NCBI GenBank assembly: GCA_016192455.1
Contig: JACPUC010000021.1
Location: 1 to 64,000, forward strand
Length of the DNA: 64,000 bases
Source: Candidatus Tectimicrobiota bacterium
Lineage (GTDB): Bacteria; JACPUC01
Direction of reading: 5' to 3'
Part shown: positions 39,342 through 48,075 of the stretch, one piece after another
Layout: each line of letters starts with the position of its first letter
Position numbering within the stretch: the stretch's first letter is position 1
Notes under the pieces: model-generated
Database searches by the model: none
What the model was told of the DNA's origin: nothing
The model's input: the letters and a program-made list of their open reading frames with translations, nothing else
Translations under genes and position numbers: made by a program

Positions 39342-40677
39342 TGCACCCACCCTGGAGCTCGACCTCGCGCTCATCAACCCGATTGTGAAGACGAGCCGCA
39401 CCTTCTTCATCGCCGCGGCGTTCCTGCTCCTGGTGATTCTCTGGGCCAACTTGGCCTACCGCTCGCAGCTCGTGGAAGGGCTCGGCGTCACCGGCCTTAA
39501 CCAGCCGGTAAGCTGGGGCTTCTACATCACCAACTTCGTCTTTTTCATCGGCATCAGCCACGCCGGCACGCTCATCTCGGCTATCCTGCGCATCGCCCAG
39601 GCCGAGTGGCGCCGCCCCATCACGCGCATGGCCGAGGTCATCACCGTCGTCGTCCTCTTCCTGGGCGCCGTGAACATCATCTTTGACCTGGGCCGCCCCG
39701 ATCGCGCCCTCAATGTCATCTACTGGGGGCGCTACCAATCGCCCCTCCTGTGGGACGTTACGAGCATCACCACCTACCTGACAGCAAGTACCATCTACCT
39801 CTACCTTCCTCTCATCCCCGATGTCGCCATCCTGCGCGACCGGGTCAGCCGCTTCAACTGGCTCTACCGCATCCTCGCCCTGGGCTGGCGGGGCACCGAG
39901 CGCCAGGAGAAAGTGCTGCAGCGCGCCATCGCCATCATGGCCATCGTCGTCATCCCGGTCGCCGTGTCGGTGCACAGCGTCGTCTCCTTCGTCTTCTCCA
40001 TGACCCTGCAACCGATGTGGCACAGCACCATCTTCGGGCCGTACTTCGTGGTGGGAGCGATCTTCTCCGGCATCGCCGCGCTCATCATCGCCATGGTCGT
40101 GGTCCGCAAGGTCTACCACCTCGAAGCCTACATGAAGCCGATCCACTTCAACTACCTGAGCCTCCTCCTGCTCATCATGTCGCTGCTGTGGTTCTACTTC
40201 ACCTTCGCGGAGTACCTCACCGGCTACTACGGCGGGGAGCCGGAGGAGATGAAGGTCTTCTGGGCCAAGCTGACGGGGGATTTCGCGCCCTTCTTCTGGA
40301 GCATGGTGCTCTGTAACTTCTTCATTCCGGTCCTCATCCTGAGCTTCCGGCGCACGCGCACTATCCTCGGCGCCTTGCTCGCCTCGTCCACCGTGGTCAT
40401 CGGCATGTGGATCGAGCGCTTCATCATCATCGTGCCGACGCTGTCGCACCCGCGCCTGCCACACGCCGCGGCCATCTACCTGCCCAGCCTCGTCGAGTGG
40501 GCGATGTTCGCCGGCAGCATTGCCACCTTCATCCTGCTCTACATGGTCTTCACGAAGCTCTTCCCGATCATCTCGCTGTGGGAAATCCAGGAAGGTCGCG
40601 AGGTCGGCTTGCGGCACATGGAGGAACGGGTGCGCGCCTATCTCCCCTCGACACCCACGCCAAGCAGCCAGGTTTGA
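39331..40677 (+). CDS. nrfD: NrfD/PsrC-family quinone-interacting membrane subunit (QrcD/ActC-like)
   Basis: WGFYITNFVFFIGISHAGTLISA, RMAE, DLGRPDR, SPLLWD, SVHS, WHSTIFGPYFVVGAIFSG and GMWIERF motifs. Confidence 0.92.
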   Translation: MRPDAPTLELDLALINPIVKTSRTFFIAAAFLLLVILWANLAYRSQLVEGLGVTGLNQPVSWGFYITNFVFFIGISHAGTLISAILRIAQAEWRRPITRMAEVITVVVLFLGAVNIIFDLGRPDRALNVIYWGRYQSPLLWDVTSITTYLTASTIYLYLPLIPDVAILRDRVSRFNWLYRILALGWRGTERQEKVLQRAIAIMAIVVIPVAVSVHSVVSFVFSMTLQPMWHSTIFGPYFVVGAIFSGIAALIIAMVVVRKVYHLEAYMKPIHFNYLSLLLLIMSLLWFYFTFAEYLTGYYGGEPEEMKVFWAKLTGDFAPFFWSMVLCNFFIPVLILSFRRTRTILGALLASSTVVIGMWIERFIIIVPTLSHPRLPHAAAIYLPSLVEWAMFAGSIATFILLYMVFTKLFPIISLWEIQEGREVGLRHMEERVRAYLPSTPTPSSQV

Positions 40678-40726
40678 GACCTGGCCGACGTTCCGCCGCA
40701 GCCCGGGTGCTGCGGGAGGGTCAAGG

Positions 40727-40975
40727 ATGCAACGCGATCCACGCTGGGTGTTGTACGTGCAGAACGCGGGGCTCTTCCTCTTCACCGTCTTCGTGTTCGG
40801 CGTCATCGGCTGGATCATTCGCCTCATCCGGCTCTCCTGGACGCTCGATGACAGTCCTTCCGGGTCGATCGCCATCTCGCTCATCGCCATCCCGGTTTTC
40901 CTCTTGCTCCTGGGCGTCGTCAACTACGTCTTCTGGGGCATCCGTGGCGCCGTCGAGAAGGAGGATTCGCAATGA
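40727..40975 (+). CDS. Small two-TM membrane protein of unknown function
   Basis: 82 aa MQRDPRWVLY... with two hydrophobic segments. RBS ggagg upstream; the stop overlaps the next ATG (ATGA). Confidence 0.7.
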   Translation: MQRDPRWVLYVQNAGLFLFTVFVFGVIGWIIRLIRLSWTLDDSPSGSIAISLIAIPVFLLLLGVVNYVFWGIRGAVEKEDSQ

Positions 40976-42216
40976 GGCAGCGCCTCGCCTCGCGCACCGT
41001 GATGGCCGTGGTCGTCGGCTGCGTCGTGTTCTTCGGCGTGGCGTTTCGCGCCGCGGCGTCTGACGAGAGGCTGTTACCCGATAACCCCCTGGCCGGGCAA
41101 GAGCTCTTCCTCTCGAAAGGTTGCGTCTCGTGCCATGCCGTCCTCGGCCATGGCGGCACCGCCGGGCCTGATTTCGGCAAGATCCAGCTCAGCAAGAGCA
41201 TTCTCGGCATCGCCGCCCTGATGTGGAACCACTCTCCCCGCATGACGGAGGAGTTCCTCAGACTGCAGCGCGCACGCCCTGAATTCAGCGCCGAGGAGAT
41301 GAGCAACCTGATCGGCTTCCTCTACCTCCTGAACTACTTCGATCCGCTGGGCGATCCCAAGACGGGGGCCGAGGTGTTCAAGTCGCACCTCTGCGAAAAC
41401 TGCCATGCCGTGGGAGGTGCGGGGGGAAAGGTGGCGCCGCCGCTCGATCGCCTGAAGAACTACTACACGCCGATCTACCTCGCCACCTCCATGTGGAACC
41501 ACGGCGCCAAGATGACCGAGTCGATGAAGCAGCGCAACGTGCCCCTGCCTCGCTTCCACGGCGCCGACGTGGCCGACCTGCTGGCGTTCATCCGCCAGAT
41601 GGCGCGCACCGACGTGGTGGAGCGCCACTACCTCGAACCGGGCAGCCCAGCGCGCGGCGCGCTGATTGTCCATACCAAGGGGTGCAGCCAGTGCCACGGC
41701 ATCCACAAGAGCAATGGCGGAACCGAAGCGGATGCCCGCCCGCCCTTCGCTACGCTTTTCCCGAACATGGAAGGACCGAACCTGGCGAAGTTGGGGTTGC
41801 GCACCAACTTCTCGCACATCGCCGGCATGCTCTGGACCCATGGCGATGGGGTGTGGGAAATCATGCAGCGAAACGGCGTCGAGGTCCCCACCTTCAGCCC
41901 GCAGGAGATGGCCGACCTGAGCATCTACCTCTACTTCCTCGGCTACGCGGACAGCCCGGGAAATGTTCAGGGAGGGCGCTCCGTGTTCGTGGAGAAAGGA
42001 TGCGTTCTCTGTCACAGCCCCCACGATGATGCCAAGAAGATCGGACCTGGGCTCGCAAAGATCGCCAAGAACGCCACTCCCTTCGAGATCGTGGCTGCCA
42101 TGTGGAACCATCTGCCGACCATGGAGAAACGGCTCAATGAACTGAAGTTCCCCTGGCCACGGTTCACGACGGCCGAGATGGGCGATCTCATCACCTACTT
42201 GCGGTCGATGGAGTGA
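40972..42216 (+). CDS. Exported tetraheme cytochrome c (four tandem class I-like domains)
   Basis: Signal peptide; CVSCH, CENCH, CSQCH and CVLCH, each followed by a GP.L/PP.L-like motif and a (M/L)W(N/T)H motif. Confidence 0.88.
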   Translation: MRQRLASRTVMAVVVGCVVFFGVAFRAAASDERLLPDNPLAGQELFLSKGCVSCHAVLGHGGTAGPDFGKIQLSKSILGIAALMWNHSPRMTEEFLRLQRARPEFSAEEMSNLIGFLYLLNYFDPLGDPKTGAEVFKSHLCENCHAVGGAGGKVAPPLDRLKNYYTPIYLATSMWNHGAKMTESMKQRNVPLPRFHGADVADLLAFIRQMARTDVVERHYLEPGSPARGALIVHTKGCSQCHGIHKSNGGTEADARPPFATLFPNMEGPNLAKLGLRTNFSHIAGMLWTHGDGVWEIMQRNGVEVPTFSPQEMADLSIYLYFLGYADSPGNVQGGRSVFVEKGCVLCHSPHDDAKKIGPGLAKIAKNATPFEIVAAMWNHLPTMEKRLNELKFPWPRFTTAEMGDLITYLRSME

Positions 42217-42346
42217 CGCGGCCGGCGGGGCGCCGGCAAGAACGGCCGGGGTTGTGGCGCACCAGGCTGAGCGTCGAGCCGAACCGTCGGCGCACAGCAA
42301 AGACGGGGCAAGGAGCGCGGTTCGAGGCCTACCAGCACGCAGCGTC

Positions 42347-42390
42347 AAGAGCCGCATCGCCCTGACGAGACGGGCGGGCGGCTTTTTTTT
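42347..42390 (+). terminator. Rho-independent terminator after the respiratory operon
   Basis: agccgc..cgccc-loop-gggcg.gcggct stem followed by T8. Confidence 0.7.
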
Positions 42391-43218
42391 CGCTGCCCCC
42401 CGCACCGTCTCGCCGGCGTCCGCTCTCCTGGCGCATCCGAGAGGGACCCCTCCGTGGGTTTTGCGTCAGCGCGCGGCGTTGACGTGAGAACCGTCTCCAA
42501 GGCGGGGCGCAGCGGTATCAACGCACCTTCTCATTGCATGGAGATGTCATGGCGCGGAGCAGATCTGCGGGCATTCAACGATTGGAAATTCTCAACGACT
42601 AATTCGAGACTATCATCCCCGTCGAAGAGAGAACGAATCTTGCTTGGCGTGACGTTTGGCGGTTTTTCTTGTCTGTGAGCTGGCATAAAAAGATCAAGAA
42701 AACAGGCTCATCTGAAGCGCAAGAGTTTCCCCTCTTCCCCTCTCCGTACTTGAAGGTGACGTTTCGGGCGCATCGCGTCGTTTCATCGAGGTCCAAACAA
42801 CGATGAAACGCCTGTCCGAAGAGGCGATGAGAGATGAAGGGAAGATCGAGTACTGTTGAGGAAAATCTTCTCTTCAGGCACAGTCCGGTCGCCTCGCCTT
42901 CCAACTTCCCGAAGAGCGCGGCTTGCTGCACCGTCGCGAAATGATCTCTCCCCGCTCTCCTCGCCTGCGGCTCCCCGTGGGTCATCAGGGAGATCGTCGC
43001 GCTCCGCCGCCGAGGCGCACCTCCCCCCCGGCCGGCACTTGAAGAAGAACGGCGCGAAACGATAAGATAGAGATCGGGCACGCCGGCATCCCTTCACCCT
43101 TCCAGGCGAACCGCCGCGCGGCATTCCCTCGAGGCTGTCGCGCCACGGCCGGGGCTAAGCTGCGGGAAGCCGCAAGCCCCTGCGCGCAACCCGAAACACC
43201 GGCGAATGAGAAGCGACG

Positions 43219-43488
43219 ATGAACCCAACCCGCCGCGCCGATATCCTGGTTCGCCCGTTGGGTGAGGGGCTGGTGCTCTATGACCCCCTCAGCATGACCA
43301 CCCACACGCTCAATCAAACGGCGGGTTTCATTTGGGCGCAGTGCGACGGCAAAACGTCCACCCCCTCGATAGCGGCGGCGCTCACCCGCACGTTCGACGT
43401 CGACGCCGGAGCGGCCGCCGCGGACGTCGAGGAAGTCATCCGGCAGCTTGCGGAGCTGGGGCTCCTCGTCGTTGAAGGCACAGCGTAA
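43219..43488 (+). CDS. Stand-alone PqqD-family protein (RiPP recognition element)
   Basis: 89 aa: LVLYDP....HTLNQTAGFIWAQCDGKTS...IAAAL...FDVD.....ADV..V.RQL.ELGLL. Confidence 0.88.
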   Translation: MNPTRRADILVRPLGEGLVLYDPLSMTTHTLNQTAGFIWAQCDGKTSTPSIAAALTRTFDVDAGAAAADVEEVIRQLAELGLLVVEGTA

Positions 43489-43589
43489 GGTTGCCGCTCT
43501 CTGCCGCATGGCCTGTGGTGCATGCCCTTCGGGCCGCACCCATGGCGCGGCGCGGAGCCGCCGCCGTGGTGCAGCGGCCTCCGCCCTTC

Positions 43590-44039
43590 CTAGCCCGCGC
43601 CTTCCTCCACGCACAGCTCCTCGCTGATCGCCACCGCCCTCGCCACCGTGCGGTAGAGCGGACAGCGCTGCCGAAACCCCTCCGTGAGGCGCTCCGCCTC
43701 CTCCTGCCGCGGTCCGCGCACCTCATAGCGAAAACGGATGGTCTGGAGAATCGGATCGACCTCCTCTCCTTGCACCCCGCGGGGATCGAAGTCGCCCTCC
43801 ACGAAGGCCCGCACCTCCTCAAGCCGGACGCCCATCTCCTGGGCCAGGTGCTCTATGAACATCACCCCGCAGGCGGCAAGCGGCGCGAGGAACATCTCCA
43901 CCGTGTTGATGGCCTCGTTCCGACCGCCGATGAGCGGCGGCGCGTCCACGACCAGATGGTGGTTCCGCGCCGCAATGATGACCCGTCCTTTGACGGCGCC
44001 GCGCACTGCCGACACTTTCACCGTCGCCAATTGAGCCAT
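43590..44039 (-). CDS. OsmC/Ohr-family protein
   Basis: VDAPPLIGG.N......E.FLA.LAAC and C-terminal RCPLYRT, giving two conserved Cys. Start trimmed to MAQLAT. Confidence 0.85.
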   Translation of the reverse strand: MAQLATVKVSAVRGAVKGRVIIAARNHHLVVDAPPLIGGRNEAINTVEMFLAPLAACGVMFIEHLAQEMGVRLEEVRAFVEGDFDPRGVQGEEVDPILQTIRFRYEVRGPRQEEAERLTEGFRQRCPLYRTVARAVAISEELCVEEGAG

Positions 44040-44154
44040 GGCGTCATGCTCCTGCGTGCGCGAGATGCGTGGCGGGCGCGGCAGCGCCGTTCCCGCCAAG
44101 GGCGTCTCCCGCTCTTGCACCCTGCCGGGGTAGCCTGGCGGCGAGGGGGGTGAA

Positions 44155-45549
44155 TCAGGACCCGACGCGCAGGCCGAGCCGTTTCAGCTTGCGGTGCAGG
44201 CCGGCCCGGTCGAGGCCCAGGAAACGAGCCGCTTCGGAGAGGTTGCCGCGCGTTGAGGCCAGCACAAGGCTCAACGCCTCCCGTTCAGCCCGCGCCACCG
44301 TCTCCTTCAGGATCGTAGGCGACAACGGCGCCGCCTCGGAGTGTCCCGTGTCGGGGGGACCAGCCCCCAGGGCCTGCAGCGCCTGCCGGTCCAGCACAGC
44401 CCGGTCGCTCTCGATGACGAAGCGCTGCATGAGGTCCTCGATCTCCCGCACGTGGCTCGTGTACTCCCGGTACTGGAGGCGGCGCATGGCGCTCGCATGC
44501 GGCCGCACGGGCCGCCCCGCCAGGGCGCCATAGCGGGCGCAGAAGTGCTCGACGAGCTGCGGGATGTCCTGGCGCCGGCGTTGCAGCGGGGGCATGGCGA
44601 GGTGCACCAAGCTGACGCGCCGCAGCAAGTCGGGGTCTACTTCGGGCAGCCCGGCGATGGCCTCCGGGGGCTTGCGGGATAACGCGAGGAGGCGCCAGGC
44701 CGGAGCGCCGCCAGGGTGCGCCTCGTCGAGGTGGCGCACGAGGCAGCGCTGCAAGACCGCCGGCATCCCTTCGAAGCTCTTCAAGATGAGGGTGCCGGCC
44801 GGCCCCGTCGCCGCCTCGAGGAGGTGGAGGAGATCCTCGGTCGCCGCCGCATCCAGCCGCTCGACATGCACCACGCGGCAGCATGAGGCCGGCAGGCCGC
44901 TGGCTCGATGGATCACCATCGCCAAAAGTGTCTTCCCCGACCCGGCCGGTCCGCTGATGAAGGCGGGAAGGCGCGTGCGCGCCAGGCGCGCGGCCTTCTC
45001 CCTGAGGGCGCGCATCTCGGCGCTCGAGCCGATGAGCGCGGCGTCAAACTCCCAGCTCAGCGCCGGCCCGGCAGGCTCCTCGGTCGGCGCCGCGCCGTCC
45101 GCGCCGGCGCCTGCGCCGGCGGCCGCCCTCCCGCCTCTCGGCGGTTCTCCCAGCTCAACCTTTCCGAAGAGGTGAGAGAACGCCTGGAAGCACGTTGCCA
45201 GGCTCACGTGCACGAGCTGCCCGTCACTCGCCTCGCGGAAGATGGGAAACTCCGGCGGCGGATCGAGGCTCAGCAGCTCCATGATCGGCATCTGGGCAGC
45301 GAGCACCGAGGCGGGTTCGAGATGCTTCATCGTCGGGCGAAGGTAGTCTTGCCGATCGGTGGCGCAGAGTTGCAGGAACGTCCGGCGCGTCAGCCGCCAC
45401 ACCTGGCCGTCGCGCTGCAGCCGCACCGGCAGCGCCTGCAGCGCCTCGTGGTTCTCGAACAGTCGCAGCGCCGTCTGGCGCGGCACCTGGGCGGTCAGGA
45501 TCGGCAATTGAATGCCCGCAAGATCACGTAGTTTTGCCTGTGGGTCCAT
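44155..45549 (-). CDS. Fis-family regulator with a degenerate sigma54-interaction AAA+ domain
   Basis: LIGSS.EM, GPAGSGKT, PPL..R.QDIP.L, VREIE and C-terminal Fis HTH (GNLSEAARFLGLDRAGLHRKL). GAFTGA and the Walker B DE are absent. Confidence 0.8.
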   Translation of the reverse strand: MDPQAKLRDLAGIQLPILTAQVPRQTALRLFENHEALQALPVRLQRDGQVWRLTRRTFLQLCATDRQDYLRPTMKHLEPASVLAAQMPIMELLSLDPPPEFPIFREASDGQLVHVSLATCFQAFSHLFGKVELGEPPRGGRAAAGAGAGADGAAPTEEPAGPALSWEFDAALIGSSAEMRALREKAARLARTRLPAFISGPAGSGKTLLAMVIHRASGLPASCCRVVHVERLDAAATEDLLHLLEAATGPAGTLILKSFEGMPAVLQRCLVRHLDEAHPGGAPAWRLLALSRKPPEAIAGLPEVDPDLLRRVSLVHLAMPPLQRRRQDIPQLVEHFCARYGALAGRPVRPHASAMRRLQYREYTSHVREIEDLMQRFVIESDRAVLDRQALQALGAGPPDTGHSEAAPLSPTILKETVARAEREALSLVLASTRGNLSEAARFLGLDRAGLHRKLKRLGLRVGS

Positions 45550-45796
45550 GAGCCTTGCCGCTCTGTGGGAAAGTTGTAGATTCCTGTCAATATCCTACCC
45601 ATTCTAGTGCCGCCCCGCAAGGCCGCGGGTCAAGCGGCGCGGCGGGCGGTCTGTTGGAAGATGCGGCAGGCATGGTATGATCCGGGGGATTTCCTGATTC
45701 GCCCCAGGCTGCCAAGGTGGCGCGGCGGACGTGCCCGGCGGCGCGGTCTCGAACGCTGCCGGGCTGATCTCCCATTCCTCTTCTCGGGAAGCGTGC

Positions 45797-46771
45797 ATGA
45801 CGCCCCCCAACGCTGCCCCTCCCCAGGTTGCCGTCTCCCGGCCCACGGTCGGCGCGGCCTTTCACATGGCCCCCGGCGAGGAGCTCTTCCGGCTGGCCGA
45901 GCGCCTGGAACGCGCCGGCTATGATGCGCTCTGGGTGGGAGACCACATGGCGGTGCATGGGCCGGTGCTGGAGCCGTTCATCCTCCTGGCCGCCCTGGCC
46001 AGCCGCACCCAGCGCATCAGGCTGGGGACGAGCGTCTACGTCCTCCCCCTGCGCCACCCCGCGGTGGTGGCAAAGCTGGCCGCCTCCCTCGATTTCCTCA
46101 GCAATGGCCGGCTCATCCTCGGGGTGGGGGTGGGCGGTGAGTTCCCCAAAGAGTTTGAGCTCTGCGGCGTGCCGCTGCGGCAGCGGGGCCGGCGCGCGGC
46201 GGAGGCCCTCGCCGTGCTGCGGGCGCTCTGGCGCGACGGCGAGAGCAGCTTCCATGGCGAGTTCGCCGCCTTCGACGGCGTCACCATGCTGCCGAAACCG
46301 CTGCAGCCAGGCGGCGTGCCGCTTTGGGGCGGCGGCCGCTCCGAGGCGGCGCTGCGCCGCGCCGCCCGTCACTGCGACGGCTGGCTCTCGTATGCGATGG
46401 CGCCGGACCGCCTTGCCGAAAGCCTGCGGCGCATCCAGGCCTACGCCGAGGAAGCGGGCCGGGCGCTGGATCAGTTCACCGTCGCGCACCAGGTCTGGCT
46501 CTTCGTCGATGGCGATGAGGAGCGCGCCTTCCGCATCGCCAACGAGAACCTCTCCCATCGCTTCGCCCAGCCGTTCGCGGCGCGAACCCGCAAGCTGAGC
46601 GTGCTGGGGCCACCGGAGGCCTGCCGGGAGAAGCTGGCGGCGTACCATGCGGCCGGCGTGCGCCACTTCATCATCGACCCGGTCTGTCCCGAAGCGCTGG
46701 CGGACGAGCAGCTCGAGCGCTTCGCCGAGGAGCTGGCGCCGCGCCTGCGTGAGTTCGGGGCCGCGGCCTGA
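45797..46771 (+). CDS. LLM-class flavin/F420-dependent oxidoreductase
   Basis: GYDALWVGDH, T.RIRLGTSV, PLRHP, SLDFLSNGRLILGVGVG and PKPLQ motifs. Confidence 0.9.
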   Translation: MTPPNAAPPQVAVSRPTVGAAFHMAPGEELFRLAERLERAGYDALWVGDHMAVHGPVLEPFILLAALASRTQRIRLGTSVYVLPLRHPAVVAKLAASLDFLSNGRLILGVGVGGEFPKEFELCGVPLRQRGRRAAEALAVLRALWRDGESSFHGEFAAFDGVTMLPKPLQPGGVPLWGGGRSEAALRRAARHCDGWLSYAMAPDRLAESLRRIQAYAEEAGRALDQFTVAHQVWLFVDGDEERAFRIANENLSHRFAQPFAARTRKLSVLGPPEACREKLAAYHAAGVRHFIIDPVCPEALADEQLERFAEELAPRLREFGAAA

Positions 46772-46926
46772 GACGAGGGCGGTGTTGCGCCGCCATGGCG
46801 AGGTGTGCTCGCCGTGGAAGCAGACCGCCCCCCCTCCCGCGCCTCCGCGCCAGGCATGACGACATTTCCGCGGACCCGCTGCTGCCGGGACCCTCCGAGC
46901 GCGGGCCTGCGCCGCTGAGGAACTCC

Positions 46927-48075
46927 ATGATGCACGCCACCCGCACCATCAGCCGCGGGGTCTCTCCCCGCGCCGTCCCGCGCCGGCTCCTGCCGACGCT
47001 GGCGTTCCTCGTCGCCCTGCTGTCGCCGACTGCGCCCATGGCGCAGCGCCCGGCCGGAAGCGGTGGGGAGCAGACGCGCCAGCCTCTGCCAACGCCGCCC
47101 GGCTCCACCCAGCCCGCCGTCCGGCAGCTCACCTTCGTGGGCGACAACGGCGAGGGTTACTTCTCCCCCGACGGCACGAAGATCATCTTCCAAGCGAAGC
47201 AGCGGCCGGAGCACTGGGCCACGCAGATTTACCTCCTCGATCTCGCCACCGGCCAGGAGCGGCGCATCTCCCGCAACAGCGGCGACGACACCTGCTCGTA
47301 CTTCCAGCCCAGCCCGGCCGGCGGGGGCGCGGCGCCGCGGCGCATCATCTACGCCTCGACGTTCGACGAGATCGCCGAGAACCCGCAGATGGCGGCCTTC
47401 AAGCCGGAGGCGCGCCGCGCCAAGGAGGAGGCCGAGCGCCAAGCCGGCCGGCGCCGCAGCTACTCCTGGGAGTTCCTTCCCTACGAGGTCTACAGCGCCA
47501 ACCTCGACGGTTCCGAGGTGCGGCGGCTCACCTTCTCGCCTGGCTATGACGCCGAAGGCACCTTCTCGCCGGACGGCTCGAAGATCATCTTCACCTCGAA
47601 CCGGGATGGCGACCTCGAGCTCTACACGATGAACCCCGACGGTTCGCAGCAGCGCCGCATCACCCACGCCAAGGGCTACGACGGCGGCGCCTTCTTCTCG
47701 CCGGACGGCCGCTCCATCGTCTGGCGCGCCTTCCGCGGCGACGGGCGCCACGCTCAGGTCTTTGTGGCCGACGCCGACGGCAGCCACGAGCGCCAGCTCA
47801 CCCACGACCCCGCCATCAACTGGGCGCCGTTCTACCATCCCGATGGCACGAAGATTCTCTACTCCTCCAATCGCGACGACCCGCGCAACTTCGAGCTCTA
47901 CCTCATCGACATCGCGGGGAGTTGCATCAAGCGCCTCACCTACCATGAGGGAGCTGATATCCTGCCGGTCTTTTCGCCGGACGGCAGGACGATCCTCTGG
48001 ACGTCGAATCGCAGCGGCACGAACCAGCTCCACCTCATGGACTTCCAGGAGCCGTCAACGTGCATCAACCGGTAA
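46927..48075 (+). CDS. TolB-like (PD40 repeat) beta-propeller protein
   Basis: Signal peptide and repeated FSPDG..I.F.S.R units, plus GYDAE and GYDGGAFFSPDG. Confidence 0.88.
   Translation: MMHATRTISRGVSPRAVPRRLLPTLAFLVALLSPTAPMAQRPAGSGGEQTRQPLPTPPGSTQPAVRQLTFVGDNGEGYFSPDGTKIIFQAKQRPEHWATQIYLLDLATGQERRISRNSGDDTCSYFQPSPAGGGAAPRRIIYASTFDEIAENPQMAAFKPEARRAKEEAERQAGRRRSYSWEFLPYEVYSANLDGSEVRRLTFSPGYDAEGTFSPDGSKIIFTSNRDGDLELYTMNPDGSQQRRITHAKGYDGGAFFSPDGRSIVWRAFRGDGRHAQVFVADADGSHERQLTHDPAINWAPFYHPDGTKILYSSNRDDPRNFELYLIDIAGSCIKRLTYHEGADILPVFSPDGRTILWTSNRSGTNQLHLMDFQEPSTCINR

Noticed and set aside
42350..42390. CTGACGAG as a hammerhead ribozyme core or PyrR-type loop
   Set aside because: There is no matching GAAA/stem II architecture. 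It is simply the loop of a terminator hairpin.
42430..42500. Minus-strand GACGCAAAAC resembling a c-di-GMP-I riboswitch
   Set aside because: The upstream GGCAAA...GAAA P2 elements are absent.
42644..42660. TTGGCGTGACGTTTGG as a sigma54 promoter
   Set aside because: The -12 element is TTGG rather than TTGC, and the nearby regulator cannot activate sigma54.
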